A model generated the notes under the pieces. That model saw only the letters and a list, made by a program, of their open reading frames with translations, searched no databases and had not been told where the DNA came from. Of a DNA stretch of 52,865 nt, positions 8,339 to 17,207 are shown piece after piece (position 1 is the stretch's first letter; each line of letters begins with the position of its first letter). The position numbers and the translations under genes are program-made. Origin of the DNA: a virus (Duplodnaviria; Caudoviricetes); IMG/VR virus record IMGVR_UViG_3300043420_002024, positions 1 through 52,865 of that record; one strand, 5' to 3'.

Positions 8339-9680
8339 AAAGCATTTAATACTAAAGTTGGTTAAGTCTTTTGTGTCTCAAAAAAAACAAATGGCTACTC
8401 AGTGGACACCCAATAAAGACTGGGTAAATTATTCTGGACCATTCTTTGATCATGAAGAATATATAGAAGCTATTGATACAATTTTAGATGATTGGCTTAT
8501 CTTAGGAGAAAAAGCCAGACAGTTTGAAACCACTTTTGCTTCACAACTAGGAAAAACAGATGGCGTATTAACAAATTCTGGATCTTCAGCAAATCTTTTA
8601 ATGTTAGCTGCTTGTAAATCTAAAAGACTATTTAACCTACCTAAAGGATCTCAGTTCATAACATCTGTAGTATGTTTTCCAACCACAATAAATCCAATTA
8701 TACAGAATGGGTTTGAGCCAGTATTTGTTGACGTAACACTCCCGTCTTTAAATCTAGATTTAGATGAAGTGGAAAAAAAATTAGAACAAGATAAAGAAGG
8801 TAAAATCAAAGGTATTATATTTGCTCATGTTCTTGGAAATCCACCAGATATGGATAGACTTATGAAAATTGTAGCAAAATATAACTTAATTTTTTTAGAA
8901 GACGCTTGTGATGCCCTAGGTTCTAGTTGGTCAGGACAACCATTGGGGTCTTTTGGACACCTATCAAGTTGTTCGTTTTTCCCTGCTCATCATATGACTA
9001 TGGGAGAAGGAGGATACGTCGGCGTAAACAGTATGAAAGAAAGAATGGTTGTTTCGAGTTTAAGAGACTGGGGAAGAGCCTGTTATTGTAATACTAAAAA
9101 GCCTGGAGATGTAACTTGCGGTACAGCATGTGGAACAAGATTTAATTCGTGGTTTAAAGATCGTAAAGATATCATCTATGATCATAGGTATGTATTTGAC
9201 GAAATAGGCTATAATCTTAAGCCTATAGAAATGCAAGCAGCAATGGGCTTGAAACAAATTAAAAAATTAGAATACATGCACAATAAAAGAAAATATAATT
9301 TTCAAAAATTGTACAATATATTTATGAAATATTCTGAATATTTTATACTTCCAGAAAAATTTGAAAAAGCAGACGTATCTTGGTTTGGGTTTTTGGTAAC
9401 ACTAAAAAATAATGTTCCTTTCACAAAAGCTCAAATTGTATCTTTCCTAGAAAACAAAAAAATACAAACTAGATCATACTTTACTGGGAATGCACTATTC
9501 CATCCTGCTTACAGTGATTTTGCAAAAGAATACAAGAATTGCGACACAGCTTTTCCTGTAGCCACAAAATCTACAATAGATACTTTTTTTCTTGGTGTTT
9601 ATCCAGGAATAACTGATGATCAATTAGCGTACATAGAAAGTGTGGTTGATTTATTTATGAAGGAGCACACCAATGCCTAA
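8310..9680 (+). CDS. rfbH: RfbH/DdhC/AscC-type NDP-4-keto-6-deoxyhexose 3-dehydrase (E1)
   Basis: NSGSSANLL, EDACDALGS, SFFPAHHMTMGEGG (His at the PLP-Lys position), RDWGRACYC...C Fe-S motif, YDHRY...GYNLKP.EMQAA. Confidence 0.9.
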   Translation: MLRKWALKTKKHLILKLVKSFVSQKKQMATQWTPNKDWVNYSGPFFDHEEYIEAIDTILDDWLILGEKARQFETTFASQLGKTDGVLTNSGSSANLLMLAACKSKRLFNLPKGSQFITSVVCFPTTINPIIQNGFEPVFVDVTLPSLNLDLDEVEKKLEQDKEGKIKGIIFAHVLGNPPDMDRLMKIVAKYNLIFLEDACDALGSSWSGQPLGSFGHLSSCSFFPAHHMTMGEGGYVGVNSMKERMVVSSLRDWGRACYCNTKKPGDVTCGTACGTRFNSWFKDRKDIIYDHRYVFDEIGYNLKPIEMQAAMGLKQIKKLEYMHNKRKYNFQKLYNIFMKYSEYFILPEKFEKADVSWFGFLVTLKNNVPFTKAQIVSFLENKKIQTRSYFTGNALFHPAYSDFAKEYKNCDTAFPVATKSTIDTFFLGVYPGITDDQLAYIESVVDLFMKEHTNA

Positions 9681-10521
9681 TTATGTTAGTATGCCTTTAT
9701 TACCCGCAATAGGAAATTTTGGTTCTCAATTACAGCAGTATGCTTCTATTCTTTCTATAGCTAAACAAAATAATAAAAAAGTAATTTTCCCTAAATATTC
9801 TTTGAGCCTAGACAATTCGCATGGATTTAGAATTATAGAAGCTTTTGACTTAGATATTACTTTTGTTGACGATGATTTTAAAGAAGATTTTGTTTATTGG
9901 GGCCACAACACTCAAAAAGAAGTTGATGAAAATGTTTTTAATTTAGAACCAGACAAAAACTATATATTTACGAATAGGTTTAATAGTTTTAAGTATTGGT
10001 ATCCATATATTAGAGAAACTATATATGAAAAGTTTGTTTTTTTTGAACAAATAGAAAAAGAAGCCAATGAAATGCTAAAAGATATCAAAAGCAAAAATTC
10101 TCCTATTGTATCTATGCATGCTAGAAAAGGAGATTATTTAGACGACATACATCTTAATGTATATTGTCAGCTAGATTTTACATACTATAAAAAAGCCTTA
10201 GATAGTCTCAAAGAAACAGATCCTACTATACTCCTTTTCTCTAATGATATCGAGTGGTGTCAAAATCATCTAAATCAACTATCTCCAAACATATATTATG
10301 TTAAAGGGTCTAATGACTATGTAGATATGTGCCTAATGTCAAAGTGTGACCATAATATAATAGCAAATAGTTTTTTTAGTTGGTGGGCTGCGTTGTTAAA
10401 TAAACACAAAAATAAAAAAATAGTTTGTCCAAAAAATTATGTTAAAAATAATATCAATACGTTTATTAACGGAAACTATTACCCAGAAGAATGGTATGCT
10501 ATAGATAATGACGACTCATGA
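9673..10521 (+). CDS. Alpha-1,2-fucosyltransferase-like glycosyltransferase, family GT11
   Basis: GNFGSQLQQYA, HARKGDY, FSNDIEWC, DMCLMSKCDHNIIANSFFSWWAA. Confidence 0.9.
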   Translation: MPNYVSMPLLPAIGNFGSQLQQYASILSIAKQNNKKVIFPKYSLSLDNSHGFRIIEAFDLDITFVDDDFKEDFVYWGHNTQKEVDENVFNLEPDKNYIFTNRFNSFKYWYPYIRETIYEKFVFFEQIEKEANEMLKDIKSKNSPIVSMHARKGDYLDDIHLNVYCQLDFTYYKKALDSLKETDPTILLFSNDIEWCQNHLNQLSPNIYYVKGSNDYVDMCLMSKCDHNIIANSFFSWWAALLNKHKNKKIVCPKNYVKNNINTFINGNYYPEEWYAIDNDDS

Positions 10522-11002
10522 CGTAATCCACACAAATATAAAAGACTGCCTACTAATAAAACCAAAAATCCATAAAGATAATAGAGGTAGATTTAGCGAG
10601 ATATATAAAGATCAAATAGACAATATTCTAGACTGTAAACAAATCAATTATAGCTATTCCAAGAAAGGTGTTTTGAGAGGCATACATAAAACCCCTTATG
10701 CCAAATTAATTACATGTGCATTGGGAGAGGTTTTCGATGTCTGTTTGGATTTAAGAGAAAATAGTCCATCATATGGACAATATTTTTGCGCCAAGTTAAA
10801 TCCAGATTCAATGCAACAATTATACATACCTCCTAATTGTGGTCATGGATTTTATTCTTTTACTGAAAGCATAGTAATATACATGCAAGAAAAAATTTAT
10901 GACCCAAATGCAGACGAAACTTTTGGCTACAATAAATACCATATACCCTGGCCAGAAAAACCAACAATTATGTCACAAAAAGATCGTAAGGCTTCTGTAT
11001 AA
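10508..11002 (+). CDS. rfbC: dTDP-4-dehydrorhamnose 3,5-epimerase family (RmlC/RfbC)
   Basis: DNRGRFSE, Q.N.SYSKKGVLRGIH, DVCLDLR..SP.YG, LYIPP..GHGF. Confidence 0.9.
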   Translation: MTTHDVIHTNIKDCLLIKPKIHKDNRGRFSEIYKDQIDNILDCKQINYSYSKKGVLRGIHKTPYAKLITCALGEVFDVCLDLRENSPSYGQYFCAKLNPDSMQQLYIPPNCGHGFYSFTESIVIYMQEKIYDPNADETFGYNKYHIPWPEKPTIMSQKDRKASV

Positions 11003-11016
11003 GGAGGAAATTTTTC

Positions 11017-11973
11017 ATGGATAAAAAAATATGCTACATAACAGGATGCCTAGGTTTTATAGGATCTTATGTCACCAAACTAGCATTAGAATCAGGATAT
11101 TATGTTAGAGGAATAGACAAAATTACTTATGCAGCAAATAAATCGTTGCTTAAAGATTTTTTGTCTTACGACAATTTTACTTTTGAACACAAAGATATTA
11201 ACGATATTGAGTTCTTATATGAATGCGATTATTTTATTAATGTAGCAGCAGAAACTCATGTAGGAAACTCAATTACAAAAAGCCAAGACTTTATCAAGTC
11301 TAATATTGATGGAGTATACAATATTTTAGAAGCGATAAAAAATTACAGAGCAGAATCAGCCTGCAAACCTATATTATTACATTTTAGTACAGATGAAGTG
11401 TACGGAGATATACATGCCGGAACACACACTGAGAAAGATCTACTAAAACCAAGCAACCCGTATTCTGCCACAAAAGCGGCTGCGGATATGCTTATATTAG
11501 CTTGGGCTAGAACATACAATATACAATATGTTATAGTCAGACCAACAAATAATTACGGTATAGGACAATATGTAGAAAAATTGATACCAAAAACATGCAA
11601 ATATCTTAATCTAAATAAAAAGATACCTGTACATAATAATGGCGAGCCAATTAGAAATTGGTTACACGCAGAAGATACTGCTAGAGCTGTAATGAAAATT
11701 ATGGAAACAGAATCAGTTAATGAAATATATAACATTGCTGGTGGTTTTGAACAAAAAAATATAGACACCATTAAAGCAATACTTAATGAATATAATATCG
11801 AAGAAAAAGACTATGAAAAACATATAGATTTCTCTTTGTCCCGTCCTGGTCAAGACGCAAGATATGCTTTAGATGATAGCAAACTAAAAAATATTGGGTG
11901 GCAGCCAATTAAAGAATTTAATCAAGAAATCAAAGAAATAACAAATTATTACAAAGAAAATTTTATATGGTGA
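11017..11973 (+). CDS. rfbB: dTDP-glucose 4,6-dehydratase (RmlB/RfbB)
   Basis: TGCLGFIGS, DKITYA, AAETHV, STDEVYG, PYSATKAA, TNNYG, R.WLH.ED, RPGQD.RY. Confidence 0.9.
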   Translation: MDKKICYITGCLGFIGSYVTKLALESGYYVRGIDKITYAANKSLLKDFLSYDNFTFEHKDINDIEFLYECDYFINVAAETHVGNSITKSQDFIKSNIDGVYNILEAIKNYRAESACKPILLHFSTDEVYGDIHAGTHTEKDLLKPSNPYSATKAAADMLILAWARTYNIQYVIVRPTNNYGIGQYVEKLIPKTCKYLNLNKKIPVHNNGEPIRNWLHAEDTARAVMKIMETESVNEIYNIAGGFEQKNIDTIKAILNEYNIEEKDYEKHIDFSLSRPGQDARYALDDSKLKNIGWQPIKEFNQEIKEITNYYKENFIW

Positions 11974-12275
11974 TATACATAGATATTGATGACACTATTT
12001 GTTTAAGCCCTAATAAGCCGGATTACACAGACTCGACCCCTATTGTCGAAAATATAAAAAAAGCAAACTTGCTTTATGAAATGGGCCATACTATTATATA
12101 TTGGACGGCAAGAGGAACGCTGTCTGGGATAGATTGGTCAGAAGTTACCCATAAACAATTTGAAGAATGGGGAGTAAAGTATCATGAGATTAAATTTGGC
12201 AAACCTTATTATGATTTATTTATAGACGATAAAAACATAAATTCTAAAAACTGGAAAGAAATCATTGATGTCTGA
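11967..12275 (+). CDS. Small capsule-biosynthesis-type HAD phosphatase
   Basis: IYIDIDDTIC, YWTARG, GKPYYDLFIDDK. Confidence 0.85.
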   Translation: MVIYIDIDDTICLSPNKPDYTDSTPIVENIKKANLLYEMGHTIIYWTARGTLSGIDWSEVTHKQFEEWGVKYHEIKFGKPYYDLFIDDKNINSKNWKEIIDV

Positions 12276-13341
12276 TATATTTAATAATTTGTTTGTTTTA
12301 GAACTAGCTAACAACCACTGGGGATCGTTAAGAAGAGGCAAAAAAATTATTAGAGAGTTTGCCAAAGTTGTCCGTAAAAATAATGTAAAAGCCGCTATCA
12401 AACTACAATTTAGAGACGTAGATAATTTTATTCATCAGGAATATAAAAACAAGGGAAAGGGAAAGGACCTATTATCTCTAAAAAAACAAGATAGATATAT
12501 ACAAAAAACACAAAGAACAAAACTCTCTTACGATGAATTTTACGAATTGGTAAAATATATAACAAAACAAGGTTGTATACCTATGGCTACGCCATTTGAC
12601 GAAAAGTCAGTAGATTGGTGTGTAGATATGGATCTTCCTATTATAAAAATTGCAAGTTCAGATATTAATGATTGGATACTAATAAATAAAATTTCTGAAA
12701 CTAAAAAGCCTGTTATTATATCTACCGGGGGAGCAAATGAAAAACAAATTGATGATGTTGTTAAGTTTTTTGAAAAAAGAAATATACCATTAGCAATAAA
12801 TCATTGCGTTTCAAAATATCCTAGCGAAGACCATGAACTAGAATTAAATCAGATTGATTATCTAAAAAACAGATACCCAAATCACGTTATAGGCTTGTCT
12901 ACACATGAATATCACGATTGGTACTCTTCTATGTTTATTTCTTATGCAAAAGGAGCAAGAACATGGGAAAGACATATAGATATACCTTATGATCCAAAGG
13001 ACGAACAAAATGCAGTCAGTCCCTACTGCTCGCTGCCGCATCAAATAAACGAATGGCTTCAGTCTTTTAACAAAGCTAACATAATGTGTGGAGACACTAG
13101 TAATAATAGAAGATCGATAGATGATAAGGAATCAAATTATTTGCTAGCGTTGCATAGAGGATTATATTTAAATAGAGACATAAAAAAGGGAGAAACAATA
13201 TCTATCAAAGATTTATATAGTGCTGTTCCTTTACTAAAAGACATAGACCATTTTTCTTCTAGGGATTTTATTGAAGCAGATACGGTAGCTGTTGAAGATT
13301 TACAAGCAAACCAGCCATTAACAAAAAAAGACATTCAATGA
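12268..13341 (+). CDS. N-acetylneuraminate synthase (NeuB/SpsE) family nonulosonate synthase
   Basis: ELANNHWG, KLQFR, ATPFDEKSVD, KIASSD, ISTGG, HCVSKYP, GLSTHE, ERHID; SAF-like C-terminus. Confidence 0.9.
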   Translation: MSDIFNNLFVLELANNHWGSLRRGKKIIREFAKVVRKNNVKAAIKLQFRDVDNFIHQEYKNKGKGKDLLSLKKQDRYIQKTQRTKLSYDEFYELVKYITKQGCIPMATPFDEKSVDWCVDMDLPIIKIASSDINDWILINKISETKKPVIISTGGANEKQIDDVVKFFEKRNIPLAINHCVSKYPSEDHELELNQIDYLKNRYPNHVIGLSTHEYHDWYSSMFISYAKGARTWERHIDIPYDPKDEQNAVSPYCSLPHQINEWLQSFNKANIMCGDTSNNRRSIDDKESNYLLALHRGLYLNRDIKKGETISIKDLYSAVPLLKDIDHFSSRDFIEADTVAVEDLQANQPLTKKDIQ

Positions 13342-15047
13342 AATTATCTGATTACGTCTTTTCTTTTTTAAAAAGCAGAAACATAGATACTGTATTCACC
13401 GTATCTGGTGGAGGCTGTATGCATTTGATAGATTCTCTTGGTAAAAGCGGAATCAAATACATTTGTAATCATCATGAACAAGCAAGCGCCATTGCGGCAG
13501 AATCTTATTTTAGAACCTCCGGCAAGCCTGGATGTGTATTAGTTACCACAGGTCCAGGAGGTACTAATGCTTTAACAGGAGTTTTGTGCGCATATCAAGA
13601 TTCTATTCCTATGATAATTATTTCTGGACAAGTACCTGTTAGCCAATTGTCTGAAGAAACAAAATGCAGGCAAATAGGGCAACAAGAATTTAATATTGTA
13701 GAAACTGTCAAACATATGACCAAATACTCGAAACTGGTAAAAAAACCAAAAGATATAAAATTTGTACTAAATAAAGCATATTATATTGCAACTACAGGAA
13801 GACCAGGACCAGTATGGATAGACATACCATTGGATGTGCAAGCTTCAAATATTGAAGAGGATAAACTAAAAAGTTTTTTCCCACCAAAACCAAAAACCAA
13901 AAAGAATATTTCCAAAGTATTAGCTAGTATTAAGCTCGCTAAAAAACCTGTCATTGTTATAGGAAACGGAATAAAATCTTCTGGAACACAAAAAGAATTA
14001 ATAAATTTTTTGAACAGCACAAATATTCCCGTAATGTCGGGACCACATTCGGCAGTAGATATCGTTAATAATGATTATTCTTATTATGCTGGAAGATTTG
14101 GTATCCTTGGACAGAAAACAAGTAATCAGATTATACAAGAATCAGATCTAATTATTTCTTTAGGTTCTAGACTCAATCCAAAAATGATAGGATATAACCA
14201 TAATGATTTTGCTCCTAAAGCACAGAAAATAATAGTAGATGTCGATAAGCACGAATTAAATAAATTAAAATTCAAACGTTCTATTAAAGTAAACATAGAC
14301 TTAAAAAATTTCTTTGAACTAGTTAAAGACTTTAAAGTTGAAAAAAAACAAGAATGGCTATCTTATGTCTTAAAGAAAAGAAGTGAAGAAAAATTGGTAT
14401 TAGATAAGCATAGAAACATAAAAAACTATGTCAGCACATATGTTTTCTCTGAACAATTACAAAATTGGTTACTAGATGATTCTATAATTGTTACCAGCGA
14501 TGGTACTGCTCATGTTGTTCCGCTCAAAACTATACAACTAAAAAAACAACAACAGCTTTTTAGCAACGAAGGAACCGCACCTATGGGATACGGACTCCCC
14601 GCTGCTATAGGCGCTCATTTTGGTAGCAAGAAAGAGGTAATTTGTATAGAAGGAGATGGCAGCATGATGATGAATCTCCAAGAGCTGGAAACCGTAAAAT
14701 ATCATGATTTGCCAATTAAAATTTTTATCATTAACAATGAAGGATATCTATCGATCAAACTAACCCAAAATTCTTTCTTTAAAGGACATTTGGTAGGCTC
14801 AGAAATCACTTCTGGAGTTAGTATTCCTTCTTTTCAAAAAATATCAGAAGCGTTTGATATTCCTTATACAAGCATAAAGGATAACACAGAAATCGAACCA
14901 GTATTAGAAAAAGTTTTCAGAAATCACTCTATGTGTATAATAGAAATATTTTCTGATCCTAACGAATTACATGAACCTAAAGTTTCAGCAAAAGGAATAG
15001 ATAGTAAAGGGAAAATTATACCAGGGAAACTAGAGGACATAAAATGA
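13338..15047 (+). CDS. Thiamine-diphosphate enzyme of the acetolactate synthase family, sugar-cluster (YerE-like) type
   Basis: SGGGCMHL.DS, HHEQA, TTGPGGTNA.TG, GRPGPVWIDIPLDVQ, MGYGLPAAIGA, GDGS...N..EL TPP motif; lies inside a sugar cluster with no ilvH/N. Confidence 0.85.
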   Translation: MKLSDYVFSFLKSRNIDTVFTVSGGGCMHLIDSLGKSGIKYICNHHEQASAIAAESYFRTSGKPGCVLVTTGPGGTNALTGVLCAYQDSIPMIIISGQVPVSQLSEETKCRQIGQQEFNIVETVKHMTKYSKLVKKPKDIKFVLNKAYYIATTGRPGPVWIDIPLDVQASNIEEDKLKSFFPPKPKTKKNISKVLASIKLAKKPVIVIGNGIKSSGTQKELINFLNSTNIPVMSGPHSAVDIVNNDYSYYAGRFGILGQKTSNQIIQESDLIISLGSRLNPKMIGYNHNDFAPKAQKIIVDVDKHELNKLKFKRSIKVNIDLKNFFELVKDFKVEKKQEWLSYVLKKRSEEKLVLDKHRNIKNYVSTYVFSEQLQNWLLDDSIIVTSDGTAHVVPLKTIQLKKQQQLFSNEGTAPMGYGLPAAIGAHFGSKKEVICIEGDGSMMMNLQELETVKYHDLPIKIFIINNEGYLSIKLTQNSFFKGHLVGSEITSGVSIPSFQKISEAFDIPYTSIKDNTEIEPVLEKVFRNHSMCIIEIFSDPNELHEPKVSAKGIDSKGKIIPGKLEDIK

Positions 15048-15568
15048 AAAAAGTTAATACAGAACAGCCAGATTTACATTGGGAATTTGTTAATGTTACA
15101 GAATGTGTCGTGTTAGATTTGGGGTGTGGAAGATGGGAGCATGTTGAATATAGAGAAAAAACTTGGCCTACAACACCAGAATATTTTATATCAAAAGGAG
15201 CCTCTAGGGTTTATGCTCTAGACGCCGACAATAATGAGATCAAGTGGTTTCGTGAAAAATTTGCTCAAGACAATAGATATCTTTTTGAGCCCTTTTACAT
15301 CACATCTGCGAATGCTGTAGAACAAATAATACAAAAGGTAAAACCAGATTGTATTAAATGCGACATAGAAGGAGGAGAGGAATTTCTGTTTTCTATAAAC
15401 AAAGAAGTATTCAATTCAGTTAAAGAATATTATATAGAGACGCATAATGATCGACTCTTTAACATGGCCTTAAGCACTTTTAATAAACAAAACTACAAAA
15501 TAAGAGAGACAATAGACCTTACTCATACGAATGGTATTTGTAAAGTTGTATTTGCTTATCGAGACTAA
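15044..15568 (+). CDS. Class I SAM methyltransferase, FkbM-like
   Basis: VVLDLGCG, IKCDIEGGE, IETH motifs. Confidence 0.75.
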   Translation: MKKVNTEQPDLHWEFVNVTECVVLDLGCGRWEHVEYREKTWPTTPEYFISKGASRVYALDADNNEIKWFREKFAQDNRYLFEPFYITSANAVEQIIQKVKPDCIKCDIEGGEEFLFSINKEVFNSVKEYYIETHNDRLFNMALSTFNKQNYKIRETIDLTHTNGICKVVFAYRD

Positions 15569-15586
15569 ATTAAAGGAATAGCACAA

Positions 15587-16348
15587 ATGATTTTTTTTCC
15601 GAAAACAAACCGGTTAATAAAATATTGCCAAAACGAAAATCTAACCGAAATAGCAAATAGATACGAAACAGATAAAGGAGATATAGATAAGCACCAGCTA
15701 TCATGGGGCTCTAGCTATCCAGAACATTTTTGTATGGCTTATACCAAAACTTATGAAAAATATATGAAAGAACATAGGAATAATGAAGTGCCATTAAATG
15801 TTTTTGAGGTAGGGATCAAAGATAAAAGATTTCCATTCGCGTCTTGTAAAATGTGGCTTTCTTATTTTAAAGAAATCAATCTATATGGAATGGATAATTT
15901 ATGGGGCTCTTCTTTAGATAAAGAAAAAAGATCTATAGAAGAACTAAATGAATTAGGTGTCAATTTTATATACGCAGATCAAGGAAATTTTGAAGATTGG
16001 GATATGATTGCAAATACTATTCCAATGAAATTTGATTTTTTTATAGAAGATGGTAGCCATTGGCCTAATCATATGGTTGTTACTTTATGGAAAGCTATTC
16101 ATCTGATGAGTTCTGGCGGTTATTATTTTATGGAAGATATACAAAACCCAGTAACTAGTAGAGGAAAATTTAAATATGATAATTCTTTGTTGGCAGATGA
16201 ATTATTAATGTCTTTACATACAAAAGAATTTAATAGCTGCTTTTTAAACGAAAAACAAAATAAAGAAATCAATAATGCTTTTGAACTAGTAGAATTGGTT
16301 TTAGATCCACATAAAATTAATTATCTTGCTGTGTTCAAGAAAAAATAA
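15587..16348 (+). CDS. Class I SAM-dependent sugar O-methyltransferase-like protein
   Basis: YETDKG, Y..TYE, FEVGI, MW..YF, ADQ, FDFFIEDGSH, GGYYFMEDIQ. Confidence 0.75.
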   Translation: MIFFPKTNRLIKYCQNENLTEIANRYETDKGDIDKHQLSWGSSYPEHFCMAYTKTYEKYMKEHRNNEVPLNVFEVGIKDKRFPFASCKMWLSYFKEINLYGMDNLWGSSLDKEKRSIEELNELGVNFIYADQGNFEDWDMIANTIPMKFDFFIEDGSHWPNHMVVTLWKAIHLMSSGGYYFMEDIQNPVTSRGKFKYDNSLLADELLMSLHTKEFNSCFLNEKQNKEINNAFELVELVLDPHKINYLAVFKKK

Positions 16349-16360
16349 GGAATAATCAAA

Positions 16361-17203
16361 ATGAATATTTTAGTAACAGGATCAAGAGGATTATTAGGTA
16401 AAGAATTATCACGACAACTTAAAGAAAAGTATGGTTACAATATATACGAAATAAACAGAAGTAACTGCGATTTACTAAACTTTGAATCCGTAAAAGATTT
16501 TTTTGTTAACACAGACACTAAATATGATTTAGTTTTACACACAGCAATTGAAGGTGGAAGAAGAACAAAAAAAGATGAAGAAGTAATAGTTTATAGAAAT
16601 ATTTTGATGTTATACAATTTATTGTCTTTTCAAAATTACTATCAATGCATAATCTCTTTTGGCTCTGGCGCTGAATTAGACAGAAGATATGACGTTAATC
16701 CAATGTCCATCAACAGATATCCAGTTGACCCATATGGTTTGTCTAAAAGCGTAATAGATAAAATGTCTTTAGTAGAAGAAAAACTATGTAATTTTAGAAT
16801 TTATAATTGTTTTGGGGTTAACGAACAGCCTGACAGAATGATTAGATCTAATGTGAACAAATATATCAACAAAGAAAATATAGTTATTCACCAAAATAGA
16901 ACAATGGACTTTTTTTATATTGATGACTTAATAAAGCTTATTGATTATTTTATTACGAGTAATAACATACCAAAAGTTTTCGATTGTTGTTATAAAACAA
17001 AAACAACCTTGTTAGATATAGCAAATATCATTAATAATTTAGATGAACACAAAGTAGAAGTCATACACAATAAAGAAGAAGATTTTCATATAAGCTGTTC
17101 GAATAAAGATTTTTATGGTCAATATGTGGAAACCCATATTCCATATATCGGCTTAGAACAAGGAATTCGTGAAATGTACAACCATTTTAAAAAGGCAAAT
17201 TAA
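16361..17203 (+). CDS. NAD-dependent epimerase/dehydratase/reductase (SDR)
   Basis: ILVTGSRGLLG, FGSGAE, YGLSK, RIYNCFG, MDFFYIDD. Confidence 0.85.
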   Translation: MNILVTGSRGLLGKELSRQLKEKYGYNIYEINRSNCDLLNFESVKDFFVNTDTKYDLVLHTAIEGGRRTKKDEEVIVYRNILMLYNLLSFQNYYQCIISFGSGAELDRRYDVNPMSINRYPVDPYGLSKSVIDKMSLVEEKLCNFRIYNCFGVNEQPDRMIRSNVNKYINKENIVIHQNRTMDFFYIDDLIKLIDYFITSNNIPKVFDCCYKTKTTLLDIANIINNLDEHKVEVIHNKEEDFHISCSNKDFYGQYVETHIPYIGLEQGIREMYNHFKKAN

Positions 17204-17207
17204 TTAA

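Noticed and set aside
13338-15047. Branched-chain amino-acid biosynthesis gene (ilvB) as an auxiliary metabolic gene
   Set aside because: It is embedded in an NDP-sugar operon with no small subunit or other ilv genes; the sugar-modifying YerE-like role fits better.
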